From an uncultured cyanobacterium (GTDB taxonomy: Bacteria; Cyanobacteriota; Cyanobacteriia; Cyanobacteriales; Nostocaceae), in the NCBI GenBank assembly GCA_963740315.1, contig CAVUDP010000002.1, positions 608,001 through 672,000 on the forward strand: a stretch of 64,000 bases of DNA, in the 5' to 3' direction. A program made the position numbers and the translations under genes. Position 1 is the first letter of the stretch; each line of letters starts with the position of its first letter. This document shows, in pieces, positions 36,471 to 50,446 of this stretch. The notes beneath the pieces are model-generated. The model did no database searches. It was not told the origin of the DNA and was given only the letters and a program-made list of their open reading frames with translations.

Positions 36471-38999
36471 TTATTTGCTTGGAGTATTATCTATTTCCCC
36501 AACCATAATGCCACGCCCTGATAAGGCTGCATACACTAAGTTGGGCGATCGCATATCTCCTTCTAACCAGGTAATTCCGGGAAATTGCTGTACTTCGGGA
36601 TTACTAATTTGTTTCCAGGTATTGCCCATATTTTGAGAAACATACATAGTATCTTTTTTGGCACCGCCTACACGCCCAAACATATAGACGTTGGGGTTTT
36701 TGTCTGAATTACCTTTACCAAAGGTAACGAATTCGCAGGTATCTACCGATGTAATTGCATTGAAGTTTTTACCCCCGTCGCTGGAACGATACAGTTTGTT
36801 TCCTTCTAAATCTTCGGGGTTGCGAGCAAAACTCATCCATACATCACCCTGCTTTGTGGGATTGGAAACTATCGCCGGACGAACCATCCATGTAGGTAAT
36901 TTTCCGGATGCTCCTTTTTTCCAATTAGCGCCGCCATCGTTGCTGTAGTAAAACGTCCAACCGTTGTAATAGTAAAAAGTTTTACCAGTAGGATCTTGGC
37001 GATCGGCTGCCAAAATATACGAACTTAACCACGGATTAATGCTGTTCGCCCAAGATTTGGGTAATGCATCGTAATGGGTGTGTTTATCGTTGTTGGGGTC
37101 GAAAGGTTCGGGTTTCGGCTCGCTATCTGAATTATGGGCTAGCTTCCAGGTTTTACCACCGTCCATAGTATAGTGAGTGTAAGGTCCCCAAGTCGGTGCC
37201 CAAACCATGTTTTGTGGGTTAGTGGGCGACATGGCGATTTGACCGCCCATTGCGATCGTTTTCTGTCGCTTGGATTTCTCGGCTTTCCACATATTTTCCG
37301 TGGGTACTGACTCGAAAGCCTGCCAAGTTTTACCGTTATCTTTGCTAAAACCATGTATCGGATAAAATCCTTGCCATTGGTGAAAACCCACAAAGGCAGC
37401 GTATTCAGGTTTTTTATAGGCATAATCCATACCCGTTGCTCCCGCTACATGGGGAAAGGGTACGGGATATTTTTTCCAGTCGGGGTTAGCCCATTTAAAA
37501 GCAGGATTGATATCGATGTTTGCTGGATTGATTTTTTCCGACGGTACCTGGTGACGATTGACGTGGCGAAAACCAATCATGTCCCCTACCGCGCTGATTA
37601 AATCTGCTCCTCCCTGGGATTTGGGAACTGGTGGAACCCGCACGATGTTGGGATCGAGTTCTTCTAGGTTGTTCATCAACCATTTGAAGTTCGGGTTTTC
37701 AGCAGTTATGTCCGAAGTACAAGCGACACCAAAACCGTTTGTCCACCATACTTGTTTGGGATTGGCTGGATCGATTACAACTACTGATGCCCCAGTTCCA
37801 GAATAAGATTGATAATATTTGGGAGCGGATGGATTTACTTTATCTTTGGGATAATTCGCATCATAAGCACCCATGTACATTGTTTGTTTGTTCCAAGTGT
37901 TACCAGCATTGCTGGAACGGTAAAGATATTTATCAGAAATCGCTATAACCGTCGTGGGATTATTTCCCCATACACTTACGGCTGAATAAACTTTATCCGT
38001 ACCATCGGGAGTAATATCAATCCATTTTCCGTCTCTATATTTACGAACTCCACCAGATTTCTTTCCCCCGCTTTTCGGTTTAGTTCCAAAACTTACGTAA
38101 AGCCTACCGTCATCGGAAACTGTACCGCGTAAGGGATCTTTTCCTCCAGCAATATTACGCCAAGATTGACCAGCGTCACTGCTACTCCATACGCCTTTTC
38201 CGTGAACTCCTACATATATTGTTTGAGTTGGTTGGTTAGCTTTCCCAGAATTTTTATCGAAAGCCACAAAGGTAAAGCCCGGTATATCTTCATTTTCTTT
38301 GCCGTTAGATTTGTTATATTCCGGTAAGCTGCTAGCATCTGGCAATCCACCGCTAACTCGCGTCCATTCAAGATTTCCGTTCTTTCTCCACAGCCCATCG
38401 CGACGAGAAGCAAAGTAAATTATCTCACTATTGTTGGGATCTACTACTAAACGTTCCCCTGTATCGGAACGGTATTCTTTATCCGCTCCCGTGAAGACAT
38501 TTTTTTTACCTAAGCCTGTTAGTTTCCAGGTGTTTCCTCTATCTTCGGAAACCATTACTTCACCTGAATATTTATACTTCTTTCTACCATCTTCGGTAAC
38601 AATTGAGCTTCCATGCCTAACCGCAGCATATACGCGAGTAGGCTTTTCCCAGTCAACAGCGACACTTGCAACACGTATACCACCCCCTGAAAAGTTGGTA
38701 TCAAACATATCCATCATCGGTAGCCATTTCTGATTCTTGCGATCGAAGCGATAAGCACCACCAACATCCGTGCGAATGTAAACATCATAGGGTTTGACAG
38801 GTGCGATCGCCATACCCGTAACGTAACCCATACCCTGAATATTTACGTTACTCCATTTAAAGGATTGCGGGTTTATAGCTTGGGTAGATATCATGCTATT
38901 GTTCCAAATTAAGAGCATTACTACTGTAGATATCAGCAGCACAAAGAAACTTAATTTACGTAGTAGAGGCGTGAGTAGTTGCTTGCTGAGGATATTCAT
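36471..38999 (-). CDS. Secreted GH74 (xyloglucanase-like) BNR-repeat beta-propeller glycosidase
   Basis: WSNVNIQGMGYVTG, YIRTDVGGAYR and SAVGDMIGF (both catalytic Asp positions); many S.D.G.TW Asp-boxes; N-terminal signal/TM. Confidence 0.8.
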   Translation of the reverse strand: MNILSKQLLTPLLRKLSFFVLLISTVVMLLIWNNSMISTQAINPQSFKWSNVNIQGMGYVTGMAIAPVKPYDVYIRTDVGGAYRFDRKNQKWLPMMDMFDTNFSGGGIRVASVAVDWEKPTRVYAAVRHGSSIVTEDGRKKYKYSGEVMVSEDRGNTWKLTGLGKKNVFTGADKEYRSDTGERLVVDPNNSEIIYFASRRDGLWRKNGNLEWTRVSGGLPDASSLPEYNKSNGKENEDIPGFTFVAFDKNSGKANQPTQTIYVGVHGKGVWSSSDAGQSWRNIAGGKDPLRGTVSDDGRLYVSFGTKPKSGGKKSGGVRKYRDGKWIDITPDGTDKVYSAVSVWGNNPTTVIAISDKYLYRSSNAGNTWNKQTMYMGAYDANYPKDKVNPSAPKYYQSYSGTGASVVVIDPANPKQVWWTNGFGVACTSDITAENPNFKWLMNNLEELDPNIVRVPPVPKSQGGADLISAVGDMIGFRHVNRHQVPSEKINPANIDINPAFKWANPDWKKYPVPFPHVAGATGMDYAYKKPEYAAFVGFHQWQGFYPIHGFSKDNGKTWQAFESVPTENMWKAEKSKRQKTIAMGGQIAMSPTNPQNMVWAPTWGPYTHYTMDGGKTWKLAHNSDSEPKPEPFDPNNDKHTHYDALPKSWANSINPWLSSYILAADRQDPTGKTFYYYNGWTFYYSNDGGANWKKGASGKLPTWMVRPAIVSNPTKQGDVWMSFARNPEDLEGNKLYRSSDGGKNFNAITSVDTCEFVTFGKGNSDKNPNVYMFGRVGGAKKDTMYVSQNMGNTWKQISNPEVQQFPGITWLEGDMRSPNLVYAALSGRGIMVGEIDNTPSK

Positions 39000-39483
39000 T
39001 GTTTTGATGCATATAAACAGCATTCGTTTCGTAGTCTTTCCTCTCCTTCTTTATGTTCCTTTTTAGGAAGAAAAATAAAAAGTAAGTTGTAAAAGGAAGT
39101 ATACACAAACGAATTGTCTTTGTTTATCTAACTACAGACACGCCGAAAAATTCATTTGATTGATTTATGTAACTATAATTAATGCTTATTCTCGATCGGA
39201 ACTTTATATTTAGGGTTTGAGAAAAGGGTTGTGGGGAACTGCGTAGTGCGAGCCGGAATGCTCGCTAGTATTCTATTCGTAGGGTGCGTTACGACTTCAG
39301 TCTAACGCACCGAAAGATTCATGCAATGGTGCGTTGCGCTCCGCGACAATTATTGCCATCAACTTTGCAGAATATGTTTCCAGCACCCAGCAGGAACGGA
39401 AAATAGCATTAGTTCCTAAAACGACGCGGAAGTAACCATTCACCCATTAAACAATTTACTTAAACTTATTTTTACCTTCAAAA

Positions 39484-40023
39484 CTAACGGAACAACCTCG
39501 CAACAGCACAATTAAAATTTGGAAGCAACGGCGAAGTTAACTCATCAGAACTGAGTAAAGTTGCAGCCAGCTTGAGTTGAGCTTTGTCACGTCTGTAAAC
39601 TTCAACTTGCTGCGATACACCTCCGGTGTCACGCTTTGCGTATCGCCAATCTAAAATCCAATATTCTTGCACTCCTCTAAGACCGTATAATTTTAACTTC
39701 GCTTCTCGATCGCGACGTTGGTTTATAACTCCCTCAGAAAGGACTTCAACAGCCAAATCTGGCGCTCCGGTTAGGTGTCCAGCGTCATCAATCAAAGCGG
39801 AAAGACGTTCAAAACTAACCCAAACGACATCGGGAATTACGTTATCGGCATCAGTAAAAATAACTCCGGGAGTGGGAATCGCTTGTCCCGATTGGTTTTG
39901 TTCTGACCAATCATTTAAAACTGAGAAAACTGAACCAATAACCTTTTGATGTCTCCAATCTGGTACCGCAGTTACAAATAATTCCCCATCAATTATTTCG
40001 TAGCGATCGCCGTTATCAGGCAG
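39484..40023 (-). pseudogene. Uma2-family gene truncated at its 5' end by a repeat element
   Basis: Frame LPDNGDRYEIIDGELFV...PDVVWV...APDLAVEVLS...GVQEYWI is open from 40023, but no ATG/GTG/TTG occurs in frame upstream before a stop near 40185. Confidence 0.8.
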
Positions 40024-40175
40024 TCCGCCGGAGGTTGAAAACCCCCGTCTAATAGCTAAAGTCGCTCTTTTGACGACTGAAAAATCATCTATTGCATCAA
40101 ATATGACAAGTATCCCTTTAGTCCTATTTATAGGACTTTTGCTATTAGACAGGGACTTGCAGTCCCTGGCGGAGT
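40022..40175. mobile_element. Palindromic REPIN/MITE-like element
   Basis: Inverted arms TCCGCC..GTCTAATAGCTAAAGTC / GACTTTTGCTATTAGAC..GGCGGA; relatives at 3531-3653 and 13011-13064. Confidence 0.7.
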
Positions 40176-40261
40176 TAGAGTTTTAAGCACTTCTGTGTAC
40201 ACCGTAGCCTGATTTATGGAGAGGGGAGCAATACGGCGGGGTGAGGTTTCTTTAAATACAC

Positions 40262-40287
40262 AAAAAAAGAGGTCGTCTCTGACCTCT
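40262..40287 (-). terminator. Terminator after apcC
   Basis: Minus strand AGAGGTC-AGAGAC-GACCTCT followed by a T run. Confidence 0.75.
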
Positions 40288-40337
40288 CCGCAAAATTTTA
40301 TAGTGATATATGGTTTATTCTTGACTTATATTAATAT

Positions 40338-40541
40338 CTACTTTAAACCAGTGTTCATACCTTGCTTGCCGGTAGCTAATTCTACTTTCATAATTGTGCC
40401 ACCCATTTTCTGAATGCGTTGCTGTTCGCGGAACCAGTTTTCGTAAGGAACTAGTTTGGTGAAATAGGTATTTTGTAGTTCGCGTTGAGTACGAATTCTA
40501 GTTTGGCTGGGAACGCAAGCAGTAACTTTAAACATCCGCAT
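40338..40541 (-). CDS. apcC: Phycobilisome 7.8 kDa core linker
   Basis: MRMFKVTACVPSQTRIRTQRELQNTYFTKLVPYENWFREQQRIQKMGG. Confidence 0.98.
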   Translation of the reverse strand: MRMFKVTACVPSQTRIRTQRELQNTYFTKLVPYENWFREQQRIQKMGGTIMKVELATGKQGMNTGLK

Positions 40542-40664
40542 GGGATTAAATCTCCTTATGGTAGTAACTGAGAATTTTTTTATTAGAAGAATTTCAGAAA
40601 TTATTAAATTCTGAATTTCTTTATTATTTATTTCAAAAAAAGCAAATCTTTATTTGATTGTTGC

Positions 40665-40773
40665 GAGGCTGGAAATCAATCATCAATACCAGACAGCTAA
40701 TACATATGATTCCAAATTCTGAAAAAATAAGCAATTAAACTTTCTAGCACTCACAACTGATTTCCAGACCTTC
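40665..40773 (-). promoter_or_regulatory. apcB-apcC intergenic inverted repeat (likely mRNA stability/processing stem)
   Basis: GGCTGGAAATCA ... TGATTTCCAGACC complementary arms. Confidence 0.55.
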
Positions 40774-40828
40774 ATCATTAGTAGCACTTAAACTTCAAGA
40801 ATTAACTTAAGCACTCCTAAAAATGCTA

Positions 40829-41314
40829 CTAGCTTAAGCCAGAGCAAATATAGTCGAAGTATACGCCCATTTCCTTACCAGCGTCAGGACCAACCAAGCT
40901 AGCGGTTACTTCCTTCATGGATTGGATAGCTTGCACGGTAGCACCAACAGGTACGCCCAAGGAATTGTAGGTTTCTTTCAAACCGTTCAATACGCGCTCA
41001 TCCAAAATGGAAGGATCGCCAGCCAACATAGCGTAGGTGGAGTAGCGTAAGTAGTAGTCCAAATCGCGGATACAAGCAGCGTAACGGCGAGTGGTGTACA
41101 TATTACCACCGGGACGGGTGATATCAGAGTACAACAAGGACTTAGCTACAGCTTCCTTAACGATCGCAGCAGCATTAGCAGCAATTGTGGTAGCAGCACG
41201 TACTCTCAATTCACCAGTCTGGAAATAGCCCTTGAGCTTTTCCATAGCGCCGGTATCGAGGTACTTACCTTGAACGTCCGAAGAATTAATGACAGAAGTA
41301 ATTGCGTCTTGCAT
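40829..41314 (-). CDS. apcB: Allophycocyanin beta subunit
   Basis: [34 protein letters not shown] chromophore Cys. Confidence 0.99.
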   Translation of the reverse strand: MQDAITSVINSSDVQGKYLDTGAMEKLKGYFQTGELRVRAATTIAANAAAIVKEAVAKSLLYSDITRPGGNMYTTRRYAACIRDLDYYLRYSTYAMLAGDPSILDERVLNGLKETYNSLGVPVGATVQAIQSMKEVTASLVGPDAGKEMGVYFDYICSGLS

Positions 41315-41381
41315 TTTATTATTTCCTTATTTCCAACTGTTTTACAACATTTGGGAGATGTGATAGGGGAAAAGATTCGCC

Positions 41382-41867
41382 CTACTGCATCGCACCTACT
41401 AAATAGTCAAAGTAAGAACCAGCTTCGCCAGAGTCTTCAGCAGACATCATGCCGGTAGCAACGTTCTTCATAGCGCGAACGCCTTCAGCAACTGCATCAA
41501 TAGGAGTTCCGAGGGACTTGTACATTTCGCGAACGCCTACAATACCAATTTCTTCGATGGGTGTTACATCACCAGCAACGATTCCATAGGTAACTAAGCG
41601 TAGATAGTAATCCATGTCGCGCAAGCAGGTAGCGGTCATTTCTTGACCGTAAGCATTACCGCCAGGAGATACAACATCAGGACGCTTTTGGAACAGTTGA
41701 TCGCCAGCTTGCTTAACGATGCGCTCGCGATTTTCGGTTAGCATTTGAGCAATCCGCAAACGGCGCTCGCCACCTGTAACAAAACCTTTGATTCTATCTA
41801 ATTCGCCAGGGCTGAGGTAACGAGCCTCTGCATCAGCATTAACAATGGACTTCGTGACGATACTCAT
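41382..41867 (-). CDS. apcA: Allophycocyanin alpha subunit
   Basis: [34 protein letters not shown]. Confidence 0.99.
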   Translation of the reverse strand: MSIVTKSIVNADAEARYLSPGELDRIKGFVTGGERRLRIAQMLTENRERIVKQAGDQLFQKRPDVVSPGGNAYGQEMTATCLRDMDYYLRLVTYGIVAGDVTPIEEIGIVGVREMYKSLGTPIDAVAEGVRAMKNVATGMMSAEDSGEAGSYFDYLVGAMQ

Positions 41868-42104
41868 AGAAGGATTCCTCCAATACGAATGAAACCTGAG
41901 TTTATTTCAAAGCGGTGTTCTTAAAAATCGATGACCGAGCTTTTTACTTCGGAACTTCAAGTACATTCCGAGCCTGTTTGATTAAACACCATTACCAAAC
42001 TTGGAAACTCAATCATCCACAAAAATTATTCTCCGGCATTTTGTTGAGTATTTATAACTCTTTTTAACAGTTCGTAACATTAATTTTCATGTTCGCCGGT
42101 TTTT

Positions 42105-42272
42105 GGGCATTGGGGGAGAGGGGGAGAGGGGGACAAGGAGATGGGGAGATGGGGAGATGGGGAGATGGGGAGATGGGGAGAAGTTAATTCTTAACTCACT
42201 CCTCACTCCTCACTCCTCACTCCTCACTCCTAACTCCTAACTATTACCCATGCCCCATTCCCCATGCCCAAC
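42105..42272. repeat. Mixed STRR arrays (GGGGAGAT, ACTCCTC, CCCCATG)
   Basis: Tandem 7-8-mers between apcE and apcA. Confidence 0.85.
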
Positions 42273-42314
42273 TCAATACCTTTAACCTTTAACATGCAGA
42301 CCTTTAACCTGAAT

Positions 42315-45854
<3,540 letters not shown>

Positions 45855-46038
45855 CTAGCTTTTAGATTAGAATGTTTTGAGTTTGATCGGGGTGTTTGTT
45901 AAGAAGTATGTAGAAATCCCATTAATAAAGTTGGGGATTGGGGATCGGGAATTGGGGATTGGGCCGAAGGGCATGGGCAATAAAATGTAGGGTGTGTTGT
46001 CGTGGAGCGCAACGCACCATTAAAAACTAGAGAAACCA

Positions 46039-46313
46039 GTTTATTTCCAGCGAGCAAGAGGTTTATTCCCAGCGAGCAAGAGGTTTATTTCTCGCGAGCA
46101 AGAGGTTTATTTCCAGCGAGCAAGAGGTTTATTCCCAGCGAGCAAGAGGTTTATTTCTCGCGAGCAAGAGGTTTATTCCCAGCGAGCAAGAGGTTTATTC
46201 CCAGCGAGCAAGAGGTTTATTCCTAGCGAGCAAGAGGTTTATTTCTCGCGAGCAAGAGGTTTATTCCCAGCGAGCAAGAGGTTTATTTCTCGCGAGCAAG
46301 ATGCTCGCACTAC
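46039..46313. repeat. 22 bp minisatellite, 12 units of GCGAGCAAG(AGGTTTATT)+4 variable nt, ending in a REP palindrome
   Basis: GCGAGCAAG recurs every 22 nt from 46050 to 46292; the last unit continues as GCGAGCAAGATGCTCGCACTAC. Confidence 0.95.
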
Positions 46314-46356
46314 GATTTTATATATTAATAAACGTCATTTTTAAAATTTTTAACTT

Positions 46357-46533
46357 TTAACCAATAGCAATAAAATCCATCCGTTCAATATCTTCGGGGT
46401 CTAATCCTATCACCCTCAAAGTAATTCGCTGACCTCTACCTCTATCATTTCCACCTGCCCAAGTGGGAATATAAACATCTAAGCTTTTTGATAATTCATC
46501 TACAAATACACAAATCGCGTTATCAATATTCAT
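46357..46533 (-). CDS. Small ORF (58 aa) overlapping the stop of the phosphatase gene; possibly a gene remnant
   Basis: MNIDNAICVFVDELSKSLDVYIPTWAGGNDRGRGQRITLRVIGLDPEDIERMDFIAIG; not in the ORF track. Confidence 0.4.
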   Translation of the reverse strand: MNIDNAICVFVDELSKSLDVYIPTWAGGNDRGRGQRITLRVIGLDPEDIERMDFIAIG

Positions 46534-47254
46534 TCACACCAACAGTTTTCACATAAGCATTTTTATTAAAAACAGGCACGCAATCGCTAACATTAATTGC
46601 CGCAGCTAATTCAACATCTGACTCAAAACCCCTTGCAATCAATTCTTTTCCCGAACTACATTTTTTTAAACCATTCAATAAATCATTTTTAAAACTATGA
46701 AATACTGCAACTGCGGCTTCAGCTTCCGGTGATAAACCTCCAGATAAATAACTTAAAATTGCTCCAGCACCAATTAAATCTTCTAAAGCAAAACGTAAAG
46801 AACCATTTTCCCATTTTTCACCTGCGGGAATTACAGCAATTTTAGAACCATATTTTTGAGCAAATCGCGCTACAGCTTCACAATTTCGTAAGCAACCAGC
46901 TAAGGTTGGTATTTTTCCGAAAAGCAATGTTAAAGAAGAACCGTTAGGTGAAGGTAAAACAAGTTTAGTTCCTGTGGAAATTGTAGTTAAAGATTTGGGT
47001 GAAAGAGAATAACCAGTGGTAGAAGTTCGATTTGTTGCTAATTCTGCTTTAATAGATTTTGCATAATCAACTGCCGAACTGTCTTTCCAACGATACGGAA
47101 AGATTATTGCACCGTTATTAGTAGCAATTTCGACAGCGGTTGAAAAAGATAGAATATCGACTATTATCACCACATCGCTGATTGGTACGAGTTGATTAAT
47201 TCCTTGATGTCCCCATTCGCAACGTAAATCGAATTCCGATTGATTGAAAATCAT
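46523..47254 (-). CDS. 2-phosphosulfolactate phosphatase family (ComB-like); start at MIFNQSEF
   Basis: VIIVDILSFST, SLSP, LPSPNGS, GCLRN, PAGEKW, EDLIGAG, SSGKEL. Confidence 0.88.
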   Translation of the reverse strand: MIFNQSEFDLRCEWGHQGINQLVPISDVVIIVDILSFSTAVEIATNNGAIIFPYRWKDSSAVDYAKSIKAELATNRTSTTGYSLSPKSLTTISTGTKLVLPSPNGSSLTLLFGKIPTLAGCLRNCEAVARFAQKYGSKIAVIPAGEKWENGSLRFALEDLIGAGAILSYLSGGLSPEAEAAVAVFHSFKNDLLNGLKKCSSGKELIARGFESDVELAAAINVSDCVPVFNKNAYVKTVGVNEY

Positions 47255-47390
47255 TCTTAATCCTAACCCCCTAACCCCCTTCCCTGCGTTAGCGTAGCGT
47301 GTCCTCTTAGGACATGGGAAGGGGGGACAATAAAACAACTTTCTTAAAGCCTCTCTCCTCGCAGGAGAGAGGTTTGGAGAGAGGTCATAA

Positions 47391-48581
47391 TTAACTCCCC
47401 ACAGGTTCCAATCGAATCAACTGCCCATTATCTTCATCGGTAATAACGTATAATTTGCCATCGGGAGCCACCTTAACATCACGCACGCGCTGACCGATTT
47501 CGATGGATTTTTCGCTGACAACACCACCTTTTTCATCCAAATCGATCTGACGCACATCTTGCGATCGCAATCCACCCGCAAATAAATCGCCGTTGTAAAA
47601 TGCCAATCCTGAAGGTGCTACTGCTGGTGTCCAAACTACTTTGGGATCTACCATTCCCGGACGAGAACGTTGTTGTGAAATTTCTCCTCCGGTATATTCT
47701 TGACTGTAGGTAACAACTGGCCAACCATAATTTTTACCTGCTTCTACAAGGTTGACTTCATCACCACCTCTAGAACCATGTTCGGTTGACCAAAGTCTTT
47801 TATTTTTGGAGTCAAAAGTTAATCCTTGTATATTCCGATGCCCGTAACTCCAGATGGCTGGATTGGCATTTTCTGTTTCTACGAAGGGATTATCTTTTGG
47901 AGTCGAACCATCGTCATTGAGTCGGACAATTTTACCAAGGTGACTGTTGAGTTTTTGGGCTTGTTTGCGAGATAGTTCGCCATCTATTTTCAGTGGTGGA
48001 TTACCACCGTCACCGATCGCCAGCAACATTGTATTATCGGGTAGCCAAACAATGCGCGAGCCGAAATGTTGCGTACCTGATTTAGTCGGCGATACTTCAA
48101 AGATTACTTCTAAGTTGCTTAATGCTTTACCATCAAATTTGGCTCTGGCAACTCTGGTACGGTTCACTTGTGCGTTACCGTAAGCATAACTTAAATAAAC
48201 CAAGCGATTTTCGGCAAATTTGGGGTGAAGCGAAATCTCCATCAAACCACCTTGCCCAGCCGCGAATACTTTGGGAACTCCGGCTACGGGTGTTGGTTGG
48301 AGTTTCCCGTTACGGATAATTCGCAATCTACCTGGGCGTTCGGTAATTAACATTGTCCCATCCGGCAGCCATGTCATGCTCCACGGGTTTTCTAAACCTG
48401 ATAATATTGTTGTTTTTTTGAAATCATTGCTTTTGGGAACATCACCTGAAGGTTCGATTACATTGTTTGATTCGGAACCTACTGCTGAAGAATCACTTAA
48501 GGAATTTTGGGTTGAGGAACATCCAGCAACGATAAAGGCTAATACGATACCTGATAAAAGTCGCTTTGATAAATATGACAT
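47391..48581 (-). CDS. PQQ-dependent sugar dehydrogenase (YliI/Asd family) lipoprotein
   Basis: Lipobox VAGC; LENPWS, TERPGRL, GQGGL, HFGSR, GHRNIQG, EHG..GGDE, NYGWP, RVRDV. Confidence 0.92.
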   Translation of the reverse strand: MSYLSKRLLSGIVLAFIVAGCSSTQNSLSDSSAVGSESNNVIEPSGDVPKSNDFKKTTILSGLENPWSMTWLPDGTMLITERPGRLRIIRNGKLQPTPVAGVPKVFAAGQGGLMEISLHPKFAENRLVYLSYAYGNAQVNRTRVARAKFDGKALSNLEVIFEVSPTKSGTQHFGSRIVWLPDNTMLLAIGDGGNPPLKIDGELSRKQAQKLNSHLGKIVRLNDDGSTPKDNPFVETENANPAIWSYGHRNIQGLTFDSKNKRLWSTEHGSRGGDEVNLVEAGKNYGWPVVTYSQEYTGGEISQQRSRPGMVDPKVVWTPAVAPSGLAFYNGDLFAGGLRSQDVRQIDLDEKGGVVSEKSIEIGQRVRDVKVAPDGKLYVITDEDNGQLIRLEPVGS

Positions 48582-48906
48582 TTTTAGGTTAAAGGTTAAA
48601 GGTCAAAGGTTGAAATTAATACTTTTATTTTGACGCTTAAAGGTGACATGAGAATGTCAGTCGATTTTGGATTTTAGATTTTGGATTTTAGATTATCTCT
48701 ACAAATAAATTTAGGAGCTTGTTTTTTTTAATAGCTGAAAAAATTCACAATCTAATCTAAAACTAAAATTTATTCGGTCAGAGATTTATCAATTATAAAT
48801 CTTACAAATCTTGTGGGGTGGGCATCTTGCCTGCCCTTGTAATTATTTCCATCCACATTAAATCCATTTCGGCTTTTGCTTTGTATATAGATAAAGCTCG
48901 ATTGGG

Positions 48907-49437
48907 ATGAACATAACCATGAACAAATACTTTACTAAAACTAAAACGATTAAAGTTCTAACTTTGGCAGCTACTGCGGGTATTATTACTACCTTAGCAG
49001 CTTGCAGCAGTCCAGGTAACGATAACAATACGAAGGGCGTTAATGAAGTAAAAACAGAAGAAGTTGCAACTGCATCCGAGGCAAAACCATTAGCGCAACA
49101 GTTACAGGGTAAGCCCGTGGTTGTGGATATTTATGCGGATTGGTGTGCTGGATGTAAGAAAATCAAGCCTACTTTAGAAGCTTTGAAGCAAGAATACGGT
49201 TCTAAAGCTAATTTTGTGGTTTTTGATGTTACGGATAAAACGACTACTGAAGCATCCGCAGCTAAAGCTAAAGAGTTAGGTTTAGAAGATTTATTTACTA
49301 AATATAAAGCACAAACTGCTACCGTTGCCGTTGTTAATCCTGGTACGGGTGACGTAGTTAAATTATTTCAAAAAAATCCAAATAAAGGCGATTATGTTGC
49401 AGCTTTGGATACGACTTCGCAACAGATAAATAATTGA
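48907..49437 (+). CDS. Thioredoxin-domain lipoprotein
   Basis: Lipobox LAAC; VVVDIYADWCAGC CxxC motif. Confidence 0.88.
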   Translation: MNITMNKYFTKTKTIKVLTLAATAGIITTLAACSSPGNDNNTKGVNEVKTEEVATASEAKPLAQQLQGKPVVVDIYADWCAGCKKIKPTLEALKQEYGSKANFVVFDVTDKTTTEASAAKAKELGLEDLFTKYKAQTATVAVVNPGTGDVVKLFQKNPNKGDYVAALDTTSQQINN

Positions 49438-49632
49438 AATCAAAGCTGAAAATCGCAATCGCAATCACCCTCAGACTGTAAGTCTGGGGAACCAACAAAC
49501 AAAGCCTGCCTGAGCCGCAGCTTTGCTGAACGCAGGCTGCAATTAGTCCGCGCAGGCGGACTTTGCTTGTGTAGCAGTGAATTCTATACGAAGCGGATTT
49601 TATTGTTTTATCAATCCAAAATTAATTAAATT

Positions 49633-50445
49633 ATGAAAAAAAAATTAAAATCAAACAATCTCTATCTGCTGGCTTTTCTTTGTCTGGGAACTATCATCAT
49701 AGTTGTTTTCGGAAGTCATTTTCAAAATTTGTATTTAAATTTGGAAGATGTAGTTAGACAATTAGAAGCTCCCTATCATAAATGGGTGGAAAAACAAAAT
49801 TCAACTAGTCCTGTTCTTCTAATTCCTATTGCTTTTATTGGTGGTTTAATTGCCAGTATTTCTCCATGTATTTTATCTTTGCTTCCGGTTAACCTCAGCT
49901 ATATTGGCACTTTAAATATAGAATCACGAAAGGATGCTTTTTTTAAAGCGAGTTTTTTCGTTTTGGGAGCAGTAAGCGTATTCAGTTTATTTGGATTATT
50001 TGCGTCTTTCGCTTCATCTGTAATGGTGGATTTTCGCGGATATATTAATATTGTGGTTGGTGCAATTATCCTGCTGATGGGATTAAGTTTCGCCGGATTA
50101 TTTCACTTACCTTTGCCTAAAAAACAAATACATTTACCCATTCCAGGTCCTTTTGGTGCTGGTTTAACATTCGCTTTAGTTACTTCTCCTTGTGCTTCTC
50201 CGGTACTTTTTGCCGTACTCGCAACTGCTGCGGCTAGTGGCTCTCAAGTTCTAAGTACGGTAACAATGATAAGTTACGCTCTCGGATATACGGCGGTAAT
50301 ATTTTTTGCCAGCTTATTTACAGGATTGGTAAAGCAAAGACAGGTGTTATTAGTTAAATCTCAGTGGATTATTAGACTGGGAAGCGCTGCGTTGATATTA
50401 GCGGGTGGCTTTTACCTGGTTACGGGCATTCGTTGGTTTTTCTGA
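49633..50445 (+). CDS. ccdA: CcdA/DsbD-type transmembrane electron transporter
   Basis: SISPCILSLLP and TSPCASPVL redox Cys motifs; multiple TM helices. Confidence 0.88.
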   Translation: MKKKLKSNNLYLLAFLCLGTIIIVVFGSHFQNLYLNLEDVVRQLEAPYHKWVEKQNSTSPVLLIPIAFIGGLIASISPCILSLLPVNLSYIGTLNIESRKDAFFKASFFVLGAVSVFSLFGLFASFASSVMVDFRGYINIVVGAIILLMGLSFAGLFHLPLPKKQIHLPIPGPFGAGLTFALVTSPCASPVLFAVLATAAASGSQVLSTVTMISYALGYTAVIFFASLFTGLVKQRQVLLVKSQWIIRLGSAALILAGGFYLVTGIRWFF

Positions 50446-50446
50446 T

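Noticed and set aside
46039..46313. Possible CRISPR array
   Set aside because: Variable segments are only 4 nt and recur, and there are no cas genes. It is a 22 bp minisatellite; ORF 46002-46226 is a by-product.
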